The notes under the pieces: generated by a model
Seen by the model: only the letters and a program-made list of their open reading frames with translations
The model's database searches: none
Told to the model about the DNA's origin: nothing
Shown: positions 52,027-60,952 of the stretch, one piece after another
Position numbering within the stretch: position 1 is the first letter of the stretch
Layout of the letters: the number at the start of each line of letters is the position of its first letter
NCBI GenBank assembly: GCA_040217195.1
Contig: JAVJNR010000003.1
Location: 384,001-448,000 of the forward strand
Direction: 5' to 3'
Source of the DNA: Leptospiraceae bacterium
GTDB taxonomy: Bacteria > Spirochaetota > Leptospiria > Leptospirales > Leptonemataceae
Length of the DNA: 64,000 nucleotides
Program-made: the position numbers and the translations under genes

Positions 52027-52335
52027 ACGACCAGCAAAAAAATGATTACCCATTACCGTGAAAGAGAATCGAGCTGGCGATACCTCAATTCAGTCCTGCC
52101 AGATGAGCATTTGCTCGATCTTCCTTTGCGACGGTTCTAAGGTCCGGTCCCCTATAGCGGTGAGCCATGGTTGTCCATACACCGCCCTTAAGTATACCAA
52201 CCTCTGTAGCAGCCTACCATGCCAGTCCCTGCGGCCGATTGATAAGTTGTTCTCTCTGGCCGTCTAAAGTTCGATTCTAAGAGACCAAAGCAAGAGGAGC
52301 GTCCCGGGGTCTCGTTTGTTACACCAGGTCTGGTC

Positions 52336-53754
52336 TTAGATCGTTCTGGAGTAGCCTGCCCCGGTACTGGCCCGGGGTAGATGTGCATCAAAGCACATGG
52401 CAATGTTACGAATTAAGAATCGGCCCACGGGCTGAACTTCAAGTCCCGTGTCCCGGATCTTCAAAAGACCATCCGATTGCATGGATTGAAGGCTTCCGCG
52501 ACCGGTTTCTTCCAGCTCGGCGCGAAAGTACTGCTGAAAATCCTGATCCATTTCTCTTTTGAATCGATCAAAGCCCAGAAAGAAATGACACATTAGTTCT
52601 GTAATTACATGGCGACGGATCAAATCATCGTCCGTAAGCTCATAGCCACGAAGCACAGGCAAGGTTCCGGAATCCAGGGCTTCAAAATACTCTTTCTCTG
52701 TTTTCAAGCTCTGGCTGTAGGTTCGCCCCACCTGGCTGATCCCGGTGATTCCGTGTGCAATTAAATCCAATCCCTTCTTGGTACTGTAGCCCTGGAAATT
52801 TCTGTACAGATCACCGTGATCCTGGGCTCTGGAAAGCTCATCTGATTGCTTTGCGAAATGATCCATGCCTACGAAGCGATAGCCCCGACTGCAAATCCTC
52901 TGGACGGACCGGGTTAGAATCTCCAGTTTCTCACCCGCAGAAGGCAGATCCTCCGGATAGATCACTGAATGATGTTTGAACATCTGGGGTAAATAGGCAA
53001 AATTAAACAGTGCGATTCGATCCGGCTGCATCTCCAGAACTTGCTCCAGGGTGGCCGCAAAGCTATCGATCGTCTGCAAAGGCAAGCCGTAGATAAGATC
53101 GATATTTACGCTATCGAAGCCCAGAGACCTGGCATTTTGAACAATACCATTTGTAAGCTCCAGGGATTGGACACGGTTCACTGCTTTTTGCACCGCCGGA
53201 TTAAGATCCTGGAGTCCCAGGCTAATTCTATGAAAGCCCACATCCCTCAGAGCGCTTAAATGGCCTTCCGTTAACTCCCTGGGATCCACTTCGCAACTTC
53301 CTTCGAAATCCGCAGCCAGACTATAGCTGGAATGAATTGCATCACCGAGCTTCCGAATTTCATCCGGATTTAGATGTGTGGGAGTACCACCGCCCCAGTG
53401 TAATTGTTCCAACTTTCGCCCAGGTTGAAGGAAGCTTGCATTGAGTTCTATTTCTTGTATTAAATAGTCCAGGTAGCGCGCGATTCTCTCTCGATTATTA
53501 GACACAATCATGTTGCATCCGCAGAAAAAACATAGAGTATCACAGTACGGAATATGAAAATATAGGGATACATTTGAGCTGGAGGAACCCAGCGAAACCG
53601 GCTTCTTTCCGGCCAGAGCATCTGCAAAGTCACTGGACTTAAAGCCATCATGGAAGGCCGGCGCTGTGGGATAGCTTGTATAGCGAGGTCCAGCCCGATC
53701 ATACTTCTGGAGCAAATCAGCGTCTAGCTCTGGTAATGGAGCGAAACTGGACAT
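52336..53754 (-). CDS. hemN: Oxygen-independent coproporphyrinogen III oxidase
   Basis: GPRYTSYPTA, HIPYCDTLCFFCGC, GGGTP, GMDHFAK, RNFQGYS, YSRTI. Confidence 0.97.
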   Translation of the reverse strand: MSSFAPLPELDADLLQKYDRAGPRYTSYPTAPAFHDGFKSSDFADALAGKKPVSLGSSSSNVSLYFHIPYCDTLCFFCGCNMIVSNNRERIARYLDYLIQEIELNASFLQPGRKLEQLHWGGGTPTHLNPDEIRKLGDAIHSSYSLAADFEGSCEVDPRELTEGHLSALRDVGFHRISLGLQDLNPAVQKAVNRVQSLELTNGIVQNARSLGFDSVNIDLIYGLPLQTIDSFAATLEQVLEMQPDRIALFNFAYLPQMFKHHSVIYPEDLPSAGEKLEILTRSVQRICSRGYRFVGMDHFAKQSDELSRAQDHGDLYRNFQGYSTKKGLDLIAHGITGISQVGRTYSQSLKTEKEYFEALDSGTLPVLRGYELTDDDLIRRHVITELMCHFFLGFDRFKREMDQDFQQYFRAELEETGRGSLQSMQSDGLLKIRDTGLEVQPVGRFLIRNIAMCFDAHLPRASTGAGYSRTI

Positions 53755-53906
53755 ACACTCACATTATAACAAGTATGCTAAGATCAAGCAATTATCCGTG
53801 TCATTTTCCAGAAGTTGCTGTTGATAACAGGTCTCATGTTCGAACAACTCTTGATGAGGTTCAATATTCCGCAAAAAGGCCAGGTAGAATGTAGTTTTCC
53901 GGACCG

Positions 53907-54031
53907 GTGCAGGACAGTAGATCCGCAAAAAATGGCTCCGAAGGCTGAGCTCATCCTGGTCTTATGGGTGAGCCCGCCCCACAAAAAGGGGCCCCTACTA
54001 TGGCTTCTGTGGATCATCAACGTTACTGCAT
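53907..54031 (+). ncRNA. Candidate structured non-coding RNA (unassigned)
   Basis: Nested stems 53907-12/54026-31, 53920-27/54008-15, 53949-56/53966-73, 53976-80/53988-92; G-U pairs favour the + strand. Confidence 0.3.
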
Positions 54032-54064
54032 AAAAAAAGGCCCCTCCGCGGAGGGACCTTTTTT
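54032..54064 (-). terminator. Intrinsic (probably bidirectional) terminator downstream of rho
   Basis: A7-ggcccctc-cgcg-gagggacc-T6. Confidence 0.8.
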
Positions 54065-54153
54065 CAATATTGTTACAAAATGCTGCCTGTGCTGCAATTC
54101 GTATCGGATTCTCCGTTCCGCCCTACCAGCTTTCTGGTGGGCGGAGCCTGAAA

Positions 54154-55617
54154 TCAGGGAGTATTCATGCTGGCCAGGAAGTCTTCATTTGTCTTGGCCG
54201 AACGCATCTTATCCAGTAAGAGTTCCATGGCCTCGGTAGTGGACATGGGACTGAGAGCTTTTCTCAGTACGAATACTTTGCTCAGAATTTCGGGCTCTAG
54301 AAGAAGCTCTTCTTTTCTGGTTCCAGATTTATTGATATCGATGGCCGGGAAGATCCTTTTATCAGCCAGTCTACGATCCAGATGAATCTCCATGTTACCG
54401 GTGCCTTTGAATTCTTCAAAGATCACTTCATCCATTTTGGAACCTGTTTCAATTAAGGCTGTTGCAATGATTGTCAGAGATCCACCATGCTCGATATTAC
54501 GGGCAGCACCAAAGAATCGCTTTGGCTTATGCAGAGCGTTGGAGTCCACACCACCGGAGAGAATCTTACCGGAGGTAGGGATAACCTGGTTATAGGCTCG
54601 GGCCAGACGAGTAATTGAGTCCAGCAGGATAACAACATCCCTTCCATGCTCAACCTGACGTTTGGCTTTCTCGATCACCATCTCGGCTACCTGGACGTGG
54701 CGGCTGGCAGGCTCATCAAACGTGGAGCTAACCACTTCTCCATCCACATTCCGGGCCATGTCCGTAACCTCTTCCGGTCGCTCATCAATCAATAGAACAA
54801 TAAGCACAACTTCCGGGTTGTTGGTTGTTATGGCATTGGCCACATTCTGCATCAGAATTGTCTTACCCACTCGTGGAGGTGCAACGATCAATCCCCGTTG
54901 GCCTTTTCCGATAGGTGTAAATAGATCAATTATTCGGGTATCCAGTTGTCCTGGATTCCATTCCATTACCAGTCGCTCATTTGGATACAGAGGCGTCAGG
55001 TTATCGAACAATATTCGACGTCCTACCTGATCTGGAGTTTCTCCGTTAACCGTATCCACGCGGAGCATGGCGAAAAATCGCTCGCTGTCCTTTGGAGGAC
55101 GAATTTGCCCTGTAATTGTATCTCCTGTGCGAAGACCCAGGTGACGAATCTGGGAAGGACTTACATAAATGTCATCGGGTCCGGACAGATAGTTGTAGTC
55201 CGGGCTTCTCAGGAAACCGTAGCCCCCCTCCTGCATCCTTTCCAGAGTGCCGGATGCATAAACGATGCCGTTTCGCTCGGCCTGCTTTTGCAGAATCCCA
55301 AAAATCAGGTTTTGCTTTTTAAGACCTGCTGTGGTTTCCACGCCCATCTCTTCTGCGATCCGCGATAGATCTTCAATGGGCATGGCCTTGATTTCGCTCA
55401 AATCGATGGGCGGTGGTGGTGGTTCGTTGGATTTTTTCTTATTGGGACTTTTGCGGCCATTGCGACCCTCGTCCTCATCAGAAAATCCATGATCGGCATC
55501 CATCAGCGCTTCCTGTTCAAGAAGCTCTTCTGTATCCGAAGGCGAGGATTTTTTTCGTCCGTTCTCCGAAGAGTTACGGGAAGATTTTTTGCGTGAAGTT
55601 TTTCTCACGGCAGGCAT
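54154..55617 (-). CDS. rho: Transcription termination factor Rho
   Basis: [51 protein letters not shown]. Confidence 0.99.
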   Translation of the reverse strand: MPAVRKTSRKKSSRNSSENGRKKSSPSDTEELLEQEALMDADHGFSDEDEGRNGRKSPNKKKSNEPPPPPIDLSEIKAMPIEDLSRIAEEMGVETTAGLKKQNLIFGILQKQAERNGIVYASGTLERMQEGGYGFLRSPDYNYLSGPDDIYVSPSQIRHLGLRTGDTITGQIRPPKDSERFFAMLRVDTVNGETPDQVGRRILFDNLTPLYPNERLVMEWNPGQLDTRIIDLFTPIGKGQRGLIVAPPRVGKTILMQNVANAITTNNPEVVLIVLLIDERPEEVTDMARNVDGEVVSSTFDEPASRHVQVAEMVIEKAKRQVEHGRDVVILLDSITRLARAYNQVIPTSGKILSGGVDSNALHKPKRFFGAARNIEHGGSLTIIATALIETGSKMDEVIFEEFKGTGNMEIHLDRRLADKRIFPAIDINKSGTRKEELLLEPEILSKVFVLRKALSPMSTTEAMELLLDKMRSAKTNEDFLASMNTP

Positions 55618-55885
55618 ATGAACTCCTGTGGGATTGTGTCAGAGACATAATCGATGGTAGGTTTAGGTATAGCGCTGGAATAGAACGGAAAGCATCCGAA
55701 AACTCGCCCTTCTGGCGTGGTTAGATCAATCCAATGGATTACGTCTGATCTCGGGGATTTATTTGATCCGACGTTTGGCTTTTCCGCGAAGCTTAAGCCA
55801 GCGGTGCCTATATATTACTAAGGGCCCTTTCGGGGTCAAGAATTAAAAACAACAAAGATAAAAACGAGGGAATTGGAAATTCCCA

Positions 55886-56968
55886 TCAAAACTTGATATA
55901 AAGACGAGGATCCACCGGCTTACCGTTGCGAATCATTTCAAAATGCAGGTGAGGCCCGGTACTCATACCGGTGCTGCCGGATACTCCGATCTTCTGCCCG
56001 CCTTTCACAGTCTGACCCACTCGAACGTTGATTCGGCTTAAATGGGCATACAGGGTCTTCAGCCCGTTATCATGCTTTATAATAATAGCTCTACCATAGG
56101 AACCCATCCAGCCAGCATAGGTCACTACACCATTACGGGCCGAGCGTATGTGTGTATAGCGAGCGGCAATGTCGATTCCACCGTGAAACTGGCGGTACCG
56201 ATAAATGGGATGTATACGCCAGCCATAGCCACTGGTGGTCCTTCCCCAGACCGGTCGAAACCAGGTGGGAGGTGGTTCAGGCACTTTTGCATTTGGTAGA
56301 AAAATCGTTTCTCCGGGTTGCAACAAATCCAGGTTAGCCACATCCGGATTATCCCGACGGATATCATCCAGCTTAACGCTGTAGTACTGGGCTACTTTGG
56401 CTATTCGATCATTCTTTTTGATTTTATAGGTAAGTCCCGGACGATTGGGAATTGTTAGCTTTTGTCCCGGTCGGAGCACAGAGTTTACGCCCATTTTATT
56501 GGAACGTGCAATGAGCTTCATGGGAACCTTGAACTTTGATGAGATCTGGCTCAGGGTATCCCCATTTCTGACTGTATATTTGATTACTTTGCCGTCTTTT
56601 CCTTCCGGCTGATCTTCGGTAAGAAGCTTTTCTTTCAACGCATCCGATTTCTTCTCTAACTCTATAGGAGAGAGTTTCCCTTCCATCTTCTTCAGTTCTT
56701 CAACTTCTGTAAGATCCTGGGTGGTGGTGGCTGTGCCGGAATTGGAAAGTAGACTGAAAACGCCAAAGAATAGGACGGATAGGGCCAGAACACCCAGAGC
56801 CTGGTTTCGGATTTTGCCCAGAGCTAAATCCACTCGGCCAATTATGGGCCTGGTTTTCCCGGGAAATGAGTAGAGAAAGCTACCTCCGCCAAGATGAATC
56901 AGGGAAAAACGTCCCTGGAGCTCAAATCGGTGCTTGCTATGCCTATTTTTAAATCGGCGGTGGTGCAT
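55886..56968 (-). CDS. LysM-LysM-M23 peptidoglycan endopeptidase, membrane-anchored
   Basis: YTVRNGDTLS LysM; HGGIDIA, YAHL, TGPHLHFE Zn motifs; N-terminal TM. Confidence 0.93.
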   Translation of the reverse strand: MHHRRFKNRHSKHRFELQGRFSLIHLGGGSFLYSFPGKTRPIIGRVDLALGKIRNQALGVLALSVLFFGVFSLLSNSGTATTTQDLTEVEELKKMEGKLSPIELEKKSDALKEKLLTEDQPEGKDGKVIKYTVRNGDTLSQISSKFKVPMKLIARSNKMGVNSVLRPGQKLTIPNRPGLTYKIKKNDRIAKVAQYYSVKLDDIRRDNPDVANLDLLQPGETIFLPNAKVPEPPPTWFRPVWGRTTSGYGWRIHPIYRYRQFHGGIDIAARYTHIRSARNGVVTYAGWMGSYGRAIIIKHDNGLKTLYAHLSRINVRVGQTVKGGQKIGVSGSTGMSTGPHLHFEMIRNGKPVDPRLYIKF

Positions 56969-57006
56969 GCTATAGGATCAATCGGCCAATCAACAAAGTC
57001 CCGGCA

Positions 57007-57405
57007 TTATTTTTCCGGAGTTTTGACTGATCCGTAGGCCTCCTCTACGATTTTCTTCACATCTTTTTTCTGGCCGCCGGTGATATTCACTCGGCCCTGG
57101 GCTATGGTGCCCGGAGAAATATGCAGAATGGGAGACTCAATGTCGCCCATCATCTTGCCGGTCTTTTCCAGCCGCACTTCTTCTTCTGCCTTAATATTGC
57201 CAATCATGGTTCCGGACATAGTCACGTTTCGGGCATTGATGTTGGTCTTAACCTTTCCGGTCTCTCCAACATGGAGCTCATCTTCCGTTTTTATCTCCCC
57301 CTCGAATTTTCCGTCGATGCGAAGGGAGCCGGAGATATAAAATTTGCCCTCAAATATGGAACCGGGGCCAATTACACTGTTCAGCTGATCATTTCTGGTG
57401 GCCAT
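57007..57405 (-). CDS. Bactofilin (polymer-forming cytoskeletal protein)
   Basis: SVIGPGSIFEG, LRIDGKFEGEI, G..GNI.A, GDI beta-helix repeats. Confidence 0.93.
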   Translation of the reverse strand: MATRNDQLNSVIGPGSIFEGKFYISGSLRIDGKFEGEIKTEDELHVGETGKVKTNINARNVTMSGTMIGNIKAEEEVRLEKTGKMMGDIESPILHISPGTIAQGRVNITGGQKKDVKKIVEEAYGSVKTPEK

Positions 57406-57544
57406 ACTGGCTCAGAGTCCCGAAGGCGGCCAATTTCCGCAATCAGATTTCAAATTTTAGGGCATTTTGGTCGCTTTTAATTGAACGAAACCGAATTTTC
57501 TGCCGTCCACTGCTCCTGGCGACCGCGCCTCCAGGCCCGAAGGA

Positions 57545-58117
57545 TTAATGGACAGCACTCGGTCCGGCCCGATGCACTACCCTCAAATAATACCAGAGGG
57601 CCAAAAAATCGTACAATCCGTGCACCAGAATGGCAACTAGAAGGTTATCGGTGTAGAGTAAACTCAGACTGAGTAGAAGTCCCATGAGTGCTGCAATGAT
57701 CCCATAAAGAGGCGTAACCCAATGCACCAGGCCAAACAGAATTGCAGTTATGGCAACGGCAGCCCAGACCCCCAGCCAGTCTGTAAGCCATAAATGAAAG
57801 AAGCCTCTAAAGAGTAGCTCTTCGCCCACCCCCGCAAGGATGGAAAGCCAGAACAAATCGCTTAAATGAAGCCCCTTGAACAGTGGTAATATGACCTGAT
57901 CCAGCTTGCTTCGAAGCAACTTCACAGAGGCCAAATTGAGTCGGGACAAAAGCAGAAACACCAAGAACATGGGAGCAATGGCGAGCAGACCTATGGAATC
58001 TATCCATCGATCCGGTTCTACATGAATCATACTCAAAGGCGGATAGTCGAATAGAAAGCCCAGCCCGATGGCCAGTAATCCCATGCCGCCTTCCACAAAA
58101 ACAGCCATGCGAAGCAT
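57545..58117 (-). CDS. CPBP/Abi-family intramembrane glutamic endopeptidase
   Basis: EELLFRG, FGLVH, HGLYD motifs. Confidence 0.92.
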   Translation of the reverse strand: MLRMAVFVEGGMGLLAIGLGFLFDYPPLSMIHVEPDRWIDSIGLLAIAPMFLVFLLLSRLNLASVKLLRSKLDQVILPLFKGLHLSDLFWLSILAGVGEELLFRGFFHLWLTDWLGVWAAVAITAILFGLVHWVTPLYGIIAALMGLLLSLSLLYTDNLLVAILVHGLYDFLALWYYLRVVHRAGPSAVH

Positions 58118-58407
58118 GCTACCCTGATCTTTAAATTGCGATTGTTGTTCCGGTTCCAGATCTCTTTTCCGTTTCTTTCATGAATTGGATAGGTTCTACA
58201 GTTTGTCCGCCCCATGACAAATAGATACTAAGGACTCAGAGGGCAAAGTAAAAAAGAGATACATCCACTCTCCGAGCTTGCATTCGTTGCGAATTCATTG
58301 TCCAGTTCGATTCGCAGGCAATGACTGTGATATCCCAACAAATACTATTCAAAGAAGTGGACGCTGCCGGGGACAGAAGAAAAGCAGATTTGAGTCATAC
58401 AGAATCC

Positions 58408-58689
58408 TTACAGACACTCACCCAGTAAATAGTATCTACCTGAATTTCCAAAAACCCTGGCGGCTTCCTTCTGAAGATCCTTATCCATGGACATCATCAA
58501 CGGACGACCGTTACAGCTAAAACTGGCGGCTTCTTCAATACAACGTGAATCCACTTCCGGTCCGGCGCATTGTGTGATCACGAATTGACGATTGTTAATC
58601 ATCGCTTTACGTTGCTGCAGAGTGGGCCCGCAACTTCCCAGAAGACCAAGAACTAGCAAAATACCAGTTCCATTTAATATTAATTTCAT
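58408..58689 (-). CDS. Small lipoprotein
   Basis: LGSC lipobox; four further Cys. Confidence 0.7.
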   Translation of the reverse strand: MKLILNGTGILLVLGLLGSCGPTLQQRKAMINNRQFVITQCAGPEVDSRCIEEAASFSCNGRPLMMSMDKDLQKEAARVFGNSGRYYLLGECL

Positions 58690-58815
58690 ATCAATACTTT
58701 CTGGCTGAATACAACGATGTCAATTCCTTTGAGCAGCGGAGTATTCAGTCTTTTGTGAAACTATTGGAAGATTGGAATTGCGAACAATCAGTCTGGAGGC
58801 AGGCAAAGAATTGAT

Positions 58816-60831
58816 CTACCACTGAGCTGGCAATTCAGGACGACGCAGGATGCCATCCTGGAGTGTTTTGTTCACAATCAGAATGTTTTTTCTGGCTCTG
58901 GAAGCAGCACGACTTTCAGCACGGGTCAACATCTCATTGTACAGAGCAATTGCATCGTTAAATTCATGATCCTGAATATGCAGGAAAGCCCTCCGTTCCA
59001 GAACCGTTCCAATATCCATTGAGGACAATCTAGTGCGCACATCACCCAGCCTTTCATCAACGTCTGGCTGTTCAATGTATAACAAACGATAGTATTGTCT
59101 TCGGACCTCCGGATCATCCGATGTTCGGAGCTCTTTTTTCAAGGTCAGGATTCTCTCCTTTAGATCCGTCTGTTCCTGAACAATGCGGTCCCTTTCCTGC
59201 TCCACCTGAAAATAGATCTGGCGAGCTTCATCCAGACCGGCTTTCTCTTCATTCGTTCTACGAATTTTTCGGTTTATTTCAGAGAGATGATTCTGGATGC
59301 GAAATCTGATCCTCTGTCTTTCCATTTCCAGGCGAAAATCGTCCTGTCTTGCATCAGGCACCTGTTGTAGCACCTGATTGTACAGCTCCATACTCCGTCG
59401 GTACTTTCCTGTGTGCTGAAAGTACAGTTCAGCCAGATGATACTTTGCCTGCTCATTTCTGGATAGTAAGCCTTTTCCATCCTGATCTGCTCCGGCCCGG
59501 TTCAATAGCTCTTCATAGATCTCAATGGCCTTCAGGTATCTCCGCTCATCGGTGTAAAGACCCGCAAGATTACTCATCCGAAGGTTAATTCTTTCTGGAT
59601 CAACAGAACCAGGATTCCTTTCATTTCGCTGTCTGGCCAGTTCCAGAAAGCGTTTCTCGAATTCGATGGCATAGCCTGTCTTTCTGCTTCTGGAATACTC
59701 TTCTGACAGTGCCTCCAGAAACTTTAGTCGATCTGGATCGATGCGATGAGCCAGCTCCAGAAGAATGCCGTAACCGACGAAATTAGATAGCTCCGTTCTT
59801 TCCGGAACCGTGGGTGAATCGCCGTAGAATTGAGACTTTTGAGTTAGCCGTTGATGCTGCTTATTTTCCTTTTCAATTTCTCTGGTAATCTCTGCCATTC
59901 GAAATACCAGATCGCCGCTTTTTTGTTCCCGGTCCTCTTTGTAGGCCCGGTAACTGCCTGTACGAATGGCTTCCATCCGATCAACAATGGCCTGCATCTG
60001 GTTTTCCATTTGTTGCAATCGCTGCTCTTCCGCCGCCGGGTCTGCCTGTCCCCCTCTGAGCAGTACAGATCGAGCCACAGCCGATTGCTTTCGTTGCTGA
60101 TCCAGATCTTTCTTGAGCTCCACATATTGGTCCATTAGATTACGAAATCGATTAGCATCGGCAGCCCACTGATTGTTGGGCTCCTGCTGAATGCGATCTG
60201 AGTTGGCAAATCCGTCCAGCATGGATAGATAGATCCTCTCCCGTTCTTCCGAAGTCAGGTCCCGATCTTGATCCCGTACAGGAAGAAGAGCGCTGTATGG
60301 AATTTCCACCGGATTGTAGCGAAAGGCCTGATTGTATTCCGAAAGAGCCCTTCTTAGATCCCCCTGTCTTTCGTAGCATTGTCCCAGCAATACATGTAAT
60401 CGATATAGATAGGGCGAATATCCAAGAAAATAGCGAGCTCCTGGTTCCTTCTGACGAGCCAGACGGACCAATCGCACAAGATTCACATCCCAGTGCTCGA
60501 CTCCTTCCGGTATTTGCTGTCTTTCTATCTGGATTCTTTTCTCCGCAGAAAACTGAGATGTATACCGGCTAATTTGTCGCTCAACCTCTCCGGCAAGAGC
60601 CTCAAGAGGTTCCCCGCTCTCCAGCCGATTCTCCAGAGCTTCGATGGTGGCTCGGTCAAATATTTCATGCGGTTTTTGATACAGGGAGGCCGGGTTGCCC
60701 GGATCTTCTCCAGTTAGAGGCCACAAAGGCGCTCCAAATAGAAAAAGCAATGCCAGACCGCCTCCAGGCCCAATGAGCCTTTGCAGAGCCCGGCGGATCA
60801 AGCTGGCACGATTTTTTTCTACTTTGAACAT
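58816..60831 (-). CDS. Exported TPR/coiled-coil protein
   Basis: N-terminal hydrophobic segment; TPR-like LGQCYE, LAGLY, LAELY; long coiled coils. Confidence 0.8.
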   Translation of the reverse strand: MFKVEKNRASLIRRALQRLIGPGGGLALLFLFGAPLWPLTGEDPGNPASLYQKPHEIFDRATIEALENRLESGEPLEALAGEVERQISRYTSQFSAEKRIQIERQQIPEGVEHWDVNLVRLVRLARQKEPGARYFLGYSPYLYRLHVLLGQCYERQGDLRRALSEYNQAFRYNPVEIPYSALLPVRDQDRDLTSEERERIYLSMLDGFANSDRIQQEPNNQWAADANRFRNLMDQYVELKKDLDQQRKQSAVARSVLLRGGQADPAAEEQRLQQMENQMQAIVDRMEAIRTGSYRAYKEDREQKSGDLVFRMAEITREIEKENKQHQRLTQKSQFYGDSPTVPERTELSNFVGYGILLELAHRIDPDRLKFLEALSEEYSRSRKTGYAIEFEKRFLELARQRNERNPGSVDPERINLRMSNLAGLYTDERRYLKAIEIYEELLNRAGADQDGKGLLSRNEQAKYHLAELYFQHTGKYRRSMELYNQVLQQVPDARQDDFRLEMERQRIRFRIQNHLSEINRKIRRTNEEKAGLDEARQIYFQVEQERDRIVQEQTDLKERILTLKKELRTSDDPEVRRQYYRLLYIEQPDVDERLGDVRTRLSSMDIGTVLERRAFLHIQDHEFNDAIALYNEMLTRAESRAASRARKNILIVNKTLQDGILRRPELPAQW

Positions 60832-60952
60832 GAAAATTAGTCCCTGATTTCGGTTCGGCTATTTAGACATCTACTTTAAAAGAAAACAATCCATTCCATG
60901 CGTCCATTAGACAAAGGAAAGGCAGAACCGTAAAAACATCCGATCTTGAATT

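Noticed and set aside
53907..54031. tRNA, SRP RNA or tmRNA identity for the structured element
   Set aside because: No TTCRA T-loop or CCA end, no SRP helix-8 motif, too short for tmRNA
60804..60820. Sigma54 -24-like TGGCACG upstream of the Fd-cyclase-FNR gene
   Set aside because: The -12 TTGC is missing (TTTT) and the site is inside the divergent coding sequence
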